This document shows, one piece after another, positions 8,175 through 16,474 of a stretch of DNA of 64,000 nt (position 1 is the first letter of the stretch; every line of letters starts with the position of its first letter). Under the pieces are notes generated by a model. The model was not told the DNA's origin. It saw nothing but the letters and a program-made list of their open reading frames with translations, and did no database searches. Source of the stretch: a virus. The stretch lies in the IMG/VR virus record IMGVR_UViG_3300027792_000011; one strand, written 5' to 3'. Made by a program: the position numbers and the translations under genes.

Positions 8175-8881
8175 AGTAAGCAGCTTGGCTGCTGAAGTGA
8201 ACCGGCAGCAGATGAAAGGTTAGGAGGGGCTTGGGAGGCAAGATTGGGCTGTAAAGGATGGCATAGATCGGGTTAGGACCGGATCGGTTGGGATTGAACG
8301 GCTGTAGTGGTTTCTAAGGGTTAGGAAGTGAAGGGTCGGGAGGGTTCAGGCTGTAAAGGAGGGGAAAGGTAATGTAGGGGTCGGGCAAGGAAATTACAGA
8401 AAAGGCTGTAGAGGATAGGATGGGAGATGGATTGGACGGTTAGGGCCGTAAGGGCGTAGATCGGAGAGAAGCGGGAAGGTAGGGCTGTAATGAAATGAAG
8501 AATCGATAACGGGGAAGGAACTGACGGGATTAGGCTGAAGAGGAGTTGACTGCAGGGAATGGGCGCTGCTTGGCGAGTCGTATCTTGGCTGAACAGGCGA
8601 GAAATGCTCTGAGAAGGCGATGCCTTGGTACGGCTGTATTGGAGTGCAAGGCAGGCGGACTGATCAGGAAGGGCTGTACCGGATTGCCATGAAGTGTATT
8701 GCTGATCATGCGAATGGCTGTAGCGGAGCGGATTGGCGCTGATAGCAATGTAGGGGCTGGGCTGTAGTGGAACGGATTGGAGTTGACAGTGATGCAGTGG
8801 CGGACCTGGTCTGCATGCCATGGGCACCCACGTGTTTTGATCCTGGGAGGGAGACCGTTCTCTTCCAGGATCATTTTCTTT
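8169..8881 (+). ncRNA. Pentamer-periodic candidate guide-RNA array 2 (leader hairpin, ~13-15 units, terminator)
   Basis: Anchors at 8204, 8247, 8300, 8349, 8404, 8444, 8483, 8533, 8587, 8632, 8672, 8716 and 8760, plus degenerate ones at 8228 and 8799. Same leader and terminator architecture as array 1. Confidence 0.8.
8838..8881 (+). terminator. Intrinsic terminator closing array 2
   Basis: TGATCCTGG / CCAGGATCA stem extended by G-U pairs, followed by TTTTCTTT. Confidence 0.8.
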
Positions 8882-8886
8882 AGATG

Positions 8887-8955
8887 ATCATAAAATAAGG
8901 CCCTCGTTCAGTTCCACTATCCTTGTAAGGACAACACTGGAACCGTTCGAGGGCC
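8887..8955 (-). terminator. Long hairpin, probable terminator of the convergent minus-strand operon
   Basis: GGCCCTCG / CGAGGGCC and GTTCCA / TGGAAC stems, followed on the minus strand by TTATTTT. Confidence 0.5.
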
Positions 8956-9010
8956 TCACGGCGCCGCCATGTAAGAGGGATCGTATCGTAGACGCATTTC
9001 AGAAGCAAGA

Positions 9011-9712
9011 CTACAGTCCGTAGGTAGTACGGATGAGACGGACATCGCTATCTGTGAGGCGGGTGGTGGCGGTGTTCAGCTCGTCTGTCACCATGCGCGG
9101 ATACATGAGTGAGCTGATGAACTGATCATGAGAGAGTCCGATCACATGACCCAGTTCGTGGAGTGTGGTGACGAAAGCAAGTCTATCAGAGGAGGTTTCT
9201 CTGATACGAACTATGGACTGTATAGACTGCATCGTCGTTCCGATCTTAGCATGGTTGACGTAGCCACCAATCTTTCCGCTCTCGGAACCCGTAGCTCCGA
9301 CTACTGACGGCGCACCCCAGATCACTACTACATCTGGTTCCTCATCCGCAATATTGGCGACGCTGAAAAGGAGCTTTCCAACTTGGAGATTGAAGTCGTC
9401 CATAGCCTCTTTGACTATCTTCGATCCCCTATCTTGCTCTTTGAGTGCCGTATGGTTGTTGCTGAATACGACGACGGATAGCGGTAGTTGCTTTTGTGGC
9501 CACACCAGAGGAACTGGGTTCTTGCACTGCCCGCTATCCCCCTCCCCTTGTATGTCTTCGGTGTAGGAAGCGTGCCCATTGTCCCAGCACACTTGGAGCA
9601 GGCCTGCTTCCTGATGTGTAACCACCCCATAGACAACGCAGCAGGCAGCGATGACGGCGAATACCAGGATCACTAGTCCCCACGTTCTGAGAGAGCTCTG
9701 TTTCGTTTCCAT
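9011..9712 (-). CDS. Matrixin (M10-like) zinc metallopeptidase with N-terminal membrane anchor
   Basis: HELGHVIGLSH (HEXXHXXGXXH), Met-turn SLMYP, hydrophobic N-terminus. Confidence 0.88.
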   Translation of the reverse strand: METKQSSLRTWGLVILVFAVIAACCVVYGVVTHQEAGLLQVCWDNGHASYTEDIQGEGDSGQCKNPVPLVWPQKQLPLSVVVFSNNHTALKEQDRGSKIVKEAMDDFNLQVGKLLFSVANIADEEPDVVVIWGAPSVVGATGSESGKIGGYVNHAKIGTTMQSIQSIVRIRETSSDRLAFVTTLHELGHVIGLSHDQFISSLMYPRMVTDELNTATTRLTDSDVRLIRTTYGL

Positions 9713-9721
9713 TCTTGTCTC

Positions 9722-10000
9722 CTACGACGTAAGCCAGGCCGGCCGGCCTGCTCGAAGCAATTTCTCTTGCTGTAGCTTATCTGCAGCTCTTCCCCAAGTA
9801 GACGGACCCATACGGACGGTCGTGGGGACTTTGCCCTCCAATTGCTTTGCGGCGGCCCGAAGCCGTGCTGCTCGCATGCCCCCTCCAACTTCTCCCGCTA
9901 GGCCTAGCGGATTGGAAATGGCGATCTTCTGCATCTCGTCAAAGAATGCTCGAAACTGTGCCGACTTCAACATGCCTCTTGGTACTCTTTTCATGATCAT
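9722..10000 (-). CDS. Small basic protein with FxDEMxKIA motif (putative head-packaged protein)
   Basis: AAGGAG RBS; AFFDEMQKIA motif. Confidence 0.65.
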   Translation of the reverse strand: MIMKRVPRGMLKSAQFRAFFDEMQKIAISNPLGLAGEVGGGMRAARLRAAAKQLEGKVPTTVRMGPSTWGRAADKLQQEKLLRAGRPAWLTS

Positions 10001-10085
10001 GCTCCTTCAAATATCTACGGTAGCCTCAATTCACAAAGAACCAGACCTGCAATCACCTGATTTAGAGACTCTTGAACGCCCATGA

Positions 10086-10631
10086 TTACTCCTCTATGAC
10101 TTCGATTCCCGAGCTGTCCACCGAGAACGTGCCAGTCGTTGCACCATCGATGGTGAGACCGATGCCGTGGTTCCCTGTGGTCGTAAGAATTGCCAAGAGG
10201 TCGTCGGTGGGTACCTGAACCTCACCGTGAATACGAATCGAAAGGTCCAAGGTCCAATCGTCCCATGTCGGCAGATATATCGAGTTGGGATTGCTAATGA
10301 CAGTTGGACCCGAGATCAAATGAGTTCGCCATGCCGGCAGCGCGACCAGCCGTTTGACGAACGTACCTGCGATTGGTCCAAGATTGTCTACCACACCGGG
10401 ATAGAACGGAATGATCACGGCTTTTGGAGGATTGGCCAGTCCTCGTAGTTCTCGGAAAATGGCAGACCGCACATCTCCTAGAGGATGACCAGGAGATAGA
10501 TCTTCTCGCAGGTATTTTCCCGTCTCAGAGAGATCGTCATTTTCCGACGCCGAAGGGAGTAGAGTATGATGGCATTGAACCAGCATAGTTAGACCATCAA
10601 ACTGTAGACCGTTGATTATCTTCGTGAACAT
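10086..10631 (-). CDS. Divergent second Cas7/RAMP-like paralog
   Basis: Colinear motif blocks shared with the 6411 protein (see findings); AGGAGG RBS. Confidence 0.55.
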   Translation of the reverse strand: MFTKIINGLQFDGLTMLVQCHHTLLPSASENDDLSETGKYLREDLSPGHPLGDVRSAIFRELRGLANPPKAVIIPFYPGVVDNLGPIAGTFVKRLVALPAWRTHLISGPTVISNPNSIYLPTWDDWTLDLSIRIHGEVQVPTDDLLAILTTTGNHGIGLTIDGATTGTFSVDSSGIEVIEE

Positions 10632-10639
10632 TTTTCCTC

Positions 10640-12088
10640 CTAGGATGGGTTGAACGACATCATGATTCTACGAACGGTAACAGACCAGTTATCCGTGTTT
10701 ACGGCCGTGGCGCGCAAACGAACATTGCTAGCGTTTATGTCCACGGACAAAGATAGATCCGAAGTCAAACCGACTTCTGCGAGCTTTGTTTCGCCTTGTG
10801 TGTTGATGGACAAACCATCTGCAGTCCAAACCGCTGTTATGCTGCCTCGACGAAATTGGGTAGTGCCTCGTTTGACCAGCACTTCCCAAGTGCAGCAACA
10901 AGCAAGAGCATAAGGAAACTGGTCAACAACTTCAGGGCTAGTTGCTATGTCAACATCAGAATTCCGGTAAAAGTACATGTCCAGGTCTTGTAGAATAGGA
11001 ACTGGCGCAGAGAACGTTAGTGAGCCTGAACGAAGGGCTTTGAATAACGTGGCTTTGCTTTCTTCGTCAAGTGGCAAGTAACTTCCAGCACTGATGTATG
11101 CTCCAAGTATGCCAGTTGCGTGCAAACCTTTCAAAGGACCCATAGCCATACTGCCGTTTGCCACCGTCAGCCCGCCCCTCATGCTAAGAAGTTGGCCTAT
11201 AACTGCGTCAGCATCGACGAGACTAGTACAAGAGCTTTCGTCACCTATAATCTCAAAATGAGGGGCGTCTATTGACTTGTGCACACCACCGCCAATGTCA
11301 GTACCAAAAATACTGCATTGATTGATGGTGATATTACCGTCTACATACCATGCTGGATCGTTGATCCAGTCTGGTATGCGTATCGCTCCGTGTGCAGCAT
11401 AATATCCGAAAGACACACCACGAAACACGAATTCACATGAGACAAATGCCGGATCTGGAATTATGTTCGCTACCTGCACCTCGAAATTCCCCCAGATCTG
11501 GATCTGGAGTAACTCGGGTATGTTACCTCCACCAGGAACTTCTTTGTAGTCGGAGTAGAAACCTACGCACAAAGAAGTGTTTAGAGTAGACCAAATTGGA
11601 AGATCGCCGTCTATGGAAACTGTGACATCACCTATTATCTTCAACTGCTTACGCGCGTGCGTCATAACAGAACGAATAGTGGGCAATGTGAAGTTTGCAG
11701 TCTCTTCGTACTCCGAGAGAATGTAGACCGTGTAGACGATGTTGAAGTCGGCTGCATCCACAGCCGAAGGAATCGAATCATAGGCGTCTTGAAGTGAAGA
11801 GAATGGGTTCTCGAAGCTGCCGTTTTGCCCAGGAGCAGTATTGAATTGATCAACGTATCGATAGTGCTCAGGCTGAATGGGCAGGACTTGTTCTATATCC
11901 CAACCGTTAGCACCTGTTCTTTCTTTTCGCCAAATAACTCTGGGTGTAGCATCTAGCTGAAGATATGTCGTTCCAACAAGCGCACCATCAAGAGAAGATG
12001 CTAGGTTCGGATCGCCTACTTGCTTGAGTTGGATACGACGATTCACTAGTTCAGCGATCACCTGATTCAATGATTCTTGAACGCCCAT
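10640..12088 (-). CDS. Virion fibre/spike-like structural protein
   Basis: Beta-rich central part; C-terminal domain (VVDQF..WEVLVK..ITAVW..LSVDINASNVRLRAT) of a type seen in phage fibres. Confidence 0.6.
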   Translation of the reverse strand: MGVQESLNQVIAELVNRRIQLKQVGDPNLASSLDGALVGTTYLQLDATPRVIWRKERTGANGWDIEQVLPIQPEHYRYVDQFNTAPGQNGSFENPFSSLQDAYDSIPSAVDAADFNIVYTVYILSEYEETANFTLPTIRSVMTHARKQLKIIGDVTVSIDGDLPIWSTLNTSLCVGFYSDYKEVPGGGNIPELLQIQIWGNFEVQVANIIPDPAFVSCEFVFRGVSFGYYAAHGAIRIPDWINDPAWYVDGNITINQCSIFGTDIGGGVHKSIDAPHFEIIGDESSCTSLVDADAVIGQLLSMRGGLTVANGSMAMGPLKGLHATGILGAYISAGSYLPLDEESKATLFKALRSGSLTFSAPVPILQDLDMYFYRNSDVDIATSPEVVDQFPYALACCCTWEVLVKRGTTQFRRGSITAVWTADGLSINTQGETKLAEVGLTSDLSLSVDINASNVRLRATAVNTDNWSVTVRRIMMSFNPS

Positions 12089-12273
12089 TAGACAGTCTCC
12101 ACGATAAAATGCATCTTAGATTTCAGAAGCAGCCGTTGCTCTTCTTTGGACAGCGCAAGCCACACAACTCTCATTTGAGTTTGTACCCTACTAACTTCGT
12201 GTACCGCTCCATTGGCCTCGCTCTCAAGCATCAACTTTTCCAAATGGACATAGTTTTGTAGCGTTGGACTCAT
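12088..12273 (-). CDS. Small hypothetical protein
   Basis: Translationally coupled on both sides (ATGA and TAATG overlaps). Confidence 0.6.
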   Translation of the reverse strand: MSPTLQNYVHLEKLMLESEANGAVHEVSRVQTQMRVVWLALSKEEQRLLLKSKMHFIVETV

Positions 12274-14021
12274 ACAGTCTCCTGAACGTCAGCGATGGTC
12301 AGAGTCCCCAACGTATTCTGTCCAGCAAGTGTTACGTCATTCAGCCAGACCGTCGTTGGGTTGGTGCCAATCGAGTCCACAGTCAGCGTATCCACGATGT
12401 CCGCATGATCCCCCTGAACAGCGTTCCGAAGCCCGGTGTGGTTGTTCAACGAAAGCACGCCAAACGTGAGCTTGGTGTACGTGACCACTGGAACGTTCAT
12501 CGTGGTGGACTGTGAGAACGCTGCGAAGGTCAACGTTCGAGCTACGAATCCACCGATCGTGTATGCAGCACTTGCTGGCGCAATGGTAGTGGTCACCTTT
12601 CCGGCTCTGTTCGTGACTGAGAAAGCTCCCCAGTTGTGAGACGCATGGACATCGTTGTCGTGGACGGAGAGACTTCGTGTCCAAGAAGATGGTCCACCAG
12701 TCCATGATCCAAGCCATGTACCGCCATTTACGTCTGTGGCAAGAGACGGTGCTGCGTACGCTGGCTGATCAAGTGCGATAGTGATCGTGTGAGACTGTGC
12801 GGAAGTTCCATTGTTGCCACCAGATCGAAGTCTAGCTGCTGGAAGAGTGATCGTGGCGGCAGAGATGGCAACGTGGGCAATAGCAGCGTAGCTGTCCACA
12901 GTGGTCTGAGAGCCATTGGCCTCTCTGCTCAAGACCATTCTGAAGTTGACTCCGCTAAACCTAGTATCTCCTGCGATCCTGGTAACAACCTTGGCAGCCT
13001 CGAAGGTGCTTGGGTTGGCGATGCTGAGTTCGGCTGGAGCACTTGGGCTCGTGAAGGCTACCGTATCGTAGTTGGATGCTGTGAGGTTGAACGTAGCGCT
13101 CTCTGCATCCTTCAGAGCGGATTGCCCTGCCGGGTAGTTGATGGAAGCAACCGATCCAGACGGATAGCGGTTGTTGAGAGCGACAAGATCGTGTCCGTCA
13201 ACAGAACCACCAAGCTCGTTCGTTGCTCTGACATTACCGAAGGCACCGGCAGCGTTGTGCACCTTCATCTTGGCTGCGAGGTTCTGTAGGGTCGTTCCTC
13301 TATCAGCGATGGTGATCGAAACGGTTCCAGAAGTGGCTGGGGCAAACGCGAAGGTCTGTAGAGTCCCTGCCCCGTCGTTGAGCACGGTGGCTCCAGTGCA
13401 GGGAAGATCAGAAACAAAGTGGAGGTCGAAGGTGTCTCCCGCTTTGAGCTCCGTTTGGGGCGTACCAGGAAGCCACGGGACATCCGGATAACCTCCAGTG
13501 AAGTAAAGATCCAGAAGTTGAGGAGGCAGTTCGATTGCAACAGCAACGTCATCTCTTGCGCTTGCGAGTCCTTCTGGCGTCAGTACAACGATCCCAATTG
13601 TCTCTCCAGCAGGATCAATAACAACATCCACCGTGCCAGAGTAGTGCCCCTCGTCCAACGAAGGAGTCAAGGTCTCGTTGACCGTTCCAGCCAACGTGAT
13701 GACTCTAACTTCGGGATACGAGGAGTTGATCGTAAGCCTGACATCTACGGTAGAACAAGTGAACGATTGCAACACTGTGTTGTCGGGAGGATTCTGGTAG
13801 ACCTGGTCGCTGACCATACCACCAGTAGGTGATGCTGCGTCGGTCAGATAGATAAAGCCTTGGCCTGATTCACTGATCTTGCTATCAATGTATGTTTCGA
13901 GGGATGTAAAGGCGCCATCGATGTCTCTGCGAAGGTCCATTATCTCGGCAGCCAGACCTCCTGACTTGCGAACCAGGTGTGGTCTGAGCGGATGTGAGCC
14001 GCCAAAGGATCTGCTTCCCAT
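12270..14021 (-). CDS. Virion structural protein with Ig-like beta-sandwich repeats
   Basis: Thr/Ala/Gly-rich beta-strand pattern; AGGAG RBS. Confidence 0.65.
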   Translation of the reverse strand: MGSRSFGGSHPLRPHLVRKSGGLAAEIMDLRRDIDGAFTSLETYIDSKISESGQGFIYLTDAASPTGGMVSDQVYQNPPDNTVLQSFTCSTVDVRLTINSSYPEVRVITLAGTVNETLTPSLDEGHYSGTVDVVIDPAGETIGIVVLTPEGLASARDDVAVAIELPPQLLDLYFTGGYPDVPWLPGTPQTELKAGDTFDLHFVSDLPCTGATVLNDGAGTLQTFAFAPATSGTVSITIADRGTTLQNLAAKMKVHNAAGAFGNVRATNELGGSVDGHDLVALNNRYPSGSVASINYPAGQSALKDAESATFNLTASNYDTVAFTSPSAPAELSIANPSTFEAAKVVTRIAGDTRFSGVNFRMVLSREANGSQTTVDSYAAIAHVAISAATITLPAARLRSGGNNGTSAQSHTITIALDQPAYAAPSLATDVNGGTWLGSWTGGPSSWTRSLSVHDNDVHASHNWGAFSVTNRAGKVTTTIAPASAAYTIGGFVARTLTFAAFSQSTTMNVPVVTYTKLTFGVLSLNNHTGLRNAVQGDHADIVDTLTVDSIGTNPTTVWLNDVTLAGQNTLGTLTIADVQETV

Positions 14022-14107
14022 TCATATCTCCTATCGGTTGTCAAAACCACTGTATCATCTACGACCTTACAGCCAGAAGTGTAGGATAACAGATTGGTCT
14101 GTTGCCT

Positions 14108-14115
14108 GTTATAAG
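14108..14115 (+). promoter_or_regulatory. GTTATAAG promoter motif
   Basis: Precedes the 14154 operon. Confidence 0.65.
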
Positions 14116-14153
14116 ATCGGTGGAGCAAGAGTCTCTTAGATGGAGGAGGTGAG

Positions 14154-14390
14154 ATGCCTAAAGTGAAACAACGCAAAGATCCGTTGGAAGACATGACCGA
14201 GTTGTCTATGCCGTACCACAACGTCTCGTGGTACGAAAACAAGGAGTGTAGCGGGATCACGCTGAAGATTCAGCTTGTGCATCCAGATGGCGTATCGAGG
14301 GGGCTGCTGATATCCGTTCCAGACGAGTGTCTGTTTCCAGTACCTCCAGGTCACTACTTCGTCACCAGAAAGCTCGGTCGATATGAGTGA
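14154..14390 (+). CDS. Hypothetical protein
   Basis: Strong GGAGGAGGT RBS. Confidence 0.7.
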   Translation: MPKVKQRKDPLEDMTELSMPYHNVSWYENKECSGITLKIQLVHPDGVSRGLLISVPDECLFPVPPGHYFVTRKLGRYE

Positions 14391-14598
14391 TCATGTGCTG
14401 ATCAATATGAAAGAGCTGGGATCGAAAGAGGGCACTGTTAGAAGAGGAAAGTGCCCTGTATGTGGGAAAGAGCTGACGCTTAGCCATTCTGGGTGGGCAA
14501 ACGGGGCAGCAATACATTTCCTACCTAATCATCACTACAATGATGAGAAATACTGTTCGGGTAGCGGAACTTATTTGAAGGAGATTCGATCAGTATGA
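14383..14598 (+). CDS. Small zinc-finger-like protein
   Basis: CPVC...H...CSGSG motif. Confidence 0.65.
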   Translation: MSDHVLINMKELGSKEGTVRRGKCPVCGKELTLSHSGWANGAAIHFLPNHHYNDEKYCSGSGTYLKEIRSV

Positions 14599-14804
14599 GT
14601 GATCATGTATGGGAAGATCAGATAGAGCCTGCATTCGATGCAGCTCTATGGGTGCTTTCCAGGCTCTACGATGTGCTCAGCGAGCTGGATAGTAGTGGCT
14701 GCCACATTGGAAATGAGCTAGTCTCGGCCGCCGAAGCAGTTCGCAATCTCAGAGTCGAGCTCTCAGTGATCAAAAGTAGATGCTTCACCAGGAGGTCAGA
14801 GTAG
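14595..14804 (+). CDS. Hypothetical protein
   Basis: ATGA coupling, RBS. Confidence 0.6.
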   Translation: MSDHVWEDQIEPAFDAALWVLSRLYDVLSELDSSGCHIGNELVSAAEAVRNLRVELSVIKSRCFTRRSE

Positions 14805-14805
14805 G

Positions 14806-15135
14806 ATGACTGAGGAAGAACGTAATGAGTTCGTCACGCAGGTGTTGGAGACCGTGGTTTCGTGGGGTAGAATCCGTCATCTGAAGATATGTCGTGCCGA
14901 TAACAAAGACGGTATCACCTGGGATCAACTACAGTATCTGAAGAATGAGGCCCTTGGGAAAGATGCATGTGCGATCGAGTTCTACCCACCAGAAGATGAA
15001 TTGATCAACGATGTCAACATCAGACATCTCTGGGAGATTCCATCACATATGCTAAAGAGACCTATGGGGTCGAGAAACCCAACCAAAGGAATGAATGATG
15101 AAGGATCAGAATGTAGTGGAATGGGCGTGGACTGA
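14806..15135 (+). CDS. Conserved phage protein (HL.I.R...WD.LQ..KNE..G...AIE.YP......N.RHLW family)
   Basis: Recognisable conserved motif of unknown function. Confidence 0.7.
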   Translation: MTEEERNEFVTQVLETVVSWGRIRHLKICRADNKDGITWDQLQYLKNEALGKDACAIEFYPPEDELINDVNIRHLWEIPSHMLKRPMGSRNPTKGMNDEGSECSGMGVD

Positions 15136-15544
15136 TCTGTACGATGAGGATGCTAACGGCCCATTCGCGACAAGAGAGCTCGCCGTAGAGAACGCACAGA
15201 ATGAGGCAAATGAGGAAAGCTGGGACAACAAAGAGATCATCCTTGGGCATGCTGTGTGGCCTGATCCCGGCAAGTACATAGGGATCGACATTGATACTCT
15301 GTTGAATGATATGGATTCAGCAGCAGGTGATGATGGCTGCTGGTCTAGTGATGACACCCTATTCAGTCTCACAGACGCCTCAAAGGCTGAGGCCGAGCTG
15401 GAGAAGCTGATTCAGAACTGGGCACGAAAGTGGGTAGAGCCGGATCATTGGACCTTTGAAGAGGTAGAGAAGATCGTTTTGAGTGAGGAACCAGAAGGAG
15501 GAGAAGATGAAAGTGAAACAGGAGAAGGCGCTGACCAAGAGTGA
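15095..15544 (+). CDS. Acidic hypothetical protein
   Basis: ORF with RBS; GPF.TRE.A motif. Confidence 0.7.
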   Translation: MMKDQNVVEWAWTDLYDEDANGPFATRELAVENAQNEANEESWDNKEIILGHAVWPDPGKYIGIDIDTLLNDMDSAAGDDGCWSSDDTLFSLTDASKAEAELEKLIQNWARKWVEPDHWTFEEVEKIVLSEEPEGGEDESETGEGADQE

Positions 15545-15833
15545 GATCATTGCAACCTTGGCTGAGAGATCGGGAATGGCCAAGAAAGATGTGACAGCGT
15601 TCTTGGCAATGCATGCGGAGCTGATGAATGAGCAGCTGACCATGAAGGGAGTTGGATCGTACACCATCCCCTTCATGGGTGTGAAGGTGCTCATGATGGT
15701 GAGGCCGGCGACCAAGGCGCGTATGGGCAGAAACCCTGCGACTGGTGAGGAAGTCATGATCGCCGCCAAGCCAAAGAGGAAGGTGGTCAAGGCCAAGGTC
15801 ATGAAAGTCCTGAAGGACACAGTACTGTCTTGA
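15507..15833 (+). CDS. hup: HU-family DNA-binding protein
   Basis: LTKSEII..LAE..G..KKDV and RPATKARMGRNPATGEEVMIAAKP signature. Confidence 0.9.
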   Translation: MKVKQEKALTKSEIIATLAERSGMAKKDVTAFLAMHAELMNEQLTMKGVGSYTIPFMGVKVLMMVRPATKARMGRNPATGEEVMIAAKPKRKVVKAKVMKVLKDTVLS

Positions 15834-15893
15834 AAGTGTGTTCGGGGTGGACTAGAATGTCTCCCTGAATAGATAGCCGTCCCTGTCTCACGT

Positions 15894-15938
15894 AGGCCGA
15901 CCGGATAGAATGGGTCTCTCCGGCCGGCCTCTTTTTTT
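15894..15938 (+). terminator. Intrinsic terminator after HU
   Basis: AGGCCGACCGGA / TCCGGCCGGCCT stem followed by a T7 tract. Confidence 0.8.
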
Positions 15939-15956
15939 CCTAATGGAGATGTAACG

Positions 15957-16223
15957 ATGAGATTTCTTGTGATCGGAAATGGTGAGATCAAGAGTCCACG
16001 ATTGAAAGAATTGGTGGAGATATCCGATGACCTCCGTTCCAGCCCATTGATTGAAAAGCTTTTCGATCTATGGCAAATCCAGGAATGGACAGCAGAAGAG
16101 CAGGACATGGGGAACAAGCGTTGGGCTGCTGAGCTGTACATGGAGTCAAATGAAGACGCTGATCATCTGATGGAAGACGAGGAATCTGTACATTCGTATG
16201 TAGACGTGGAGTTGGGAGAATGA
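15957..16223 (+). CDS. Hypothetical protein
   Basis: GGAG RBS. Confidence 0.6.
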   Translation: MRFLVIGNGEIKSPRLKELVEISDDLRSSPLIEKLFDLWQIQEWTAEEQDMGNKRWAAELYMESNEDADHLMEDEESVHSYVDVELGE

Positions 16224-16474
16224 GCGATGATGGCAGGCGTTTCATAATCTATCCGCACTGCGAGGATCCGATGATGGACGCAGAGGGTAACATCATCTCT
16301 GATGGTGTCACGGGCAGGATCAGTGTGGACAACTGCTACCTGACAGCCTATCCCAAGTGGCCGGATGATAATGATCTAAGGCCCAAGGATCTCAATGTCG
16401 GTGACTGCATAATGGGTGTTGAGTACCGTCTATCTGGATCGTACGGTATCTACGATGTTTACAGGGTTAGCTGA
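16220..16474 (+). CDS. Hypothetical protein
   Basis: ATGA coupling. Confidence 0.6.
   Translation: MSDDGRRFIIYPHCEDPMMDAEGNIISDGVTGRISVDNCYLTAYPKWPDDNDLRPKDLNVGDCIMGVEYRLSGSYGIYDVYRVS

Noticed and set aside
7286-8837. CsrB/RsmZ-like GGA sponge RNA
   Set aside because: GGA is frequent but not displayed in hairpin loops, many units use GGC/GGT/GAA, and linkage to a RAMP-like gene explains the pattern better. Not fully excluded.
8321-8874. Minus-strand ORFs over array 2 (168 and 114 aa)
   Set aside because: Same repeat-derived shadow ORFs
7252-8881. Canonical CRISPR array or TIGR array
   Set aside because: The constant element is only 7 nt, unit lengths vary in steps of 5 and the interiors are themselves periodic. 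There are no 23-47 nt repeats, no cas1/cas2, and no Nop-domain protein or box C/D-like motifs.
15834-15940. Possible tRNA or ncRNA after HU
   Set aside because: Two hairpins but no cloverleaf or T-loop consensus; the second hairpin is a typical terminator
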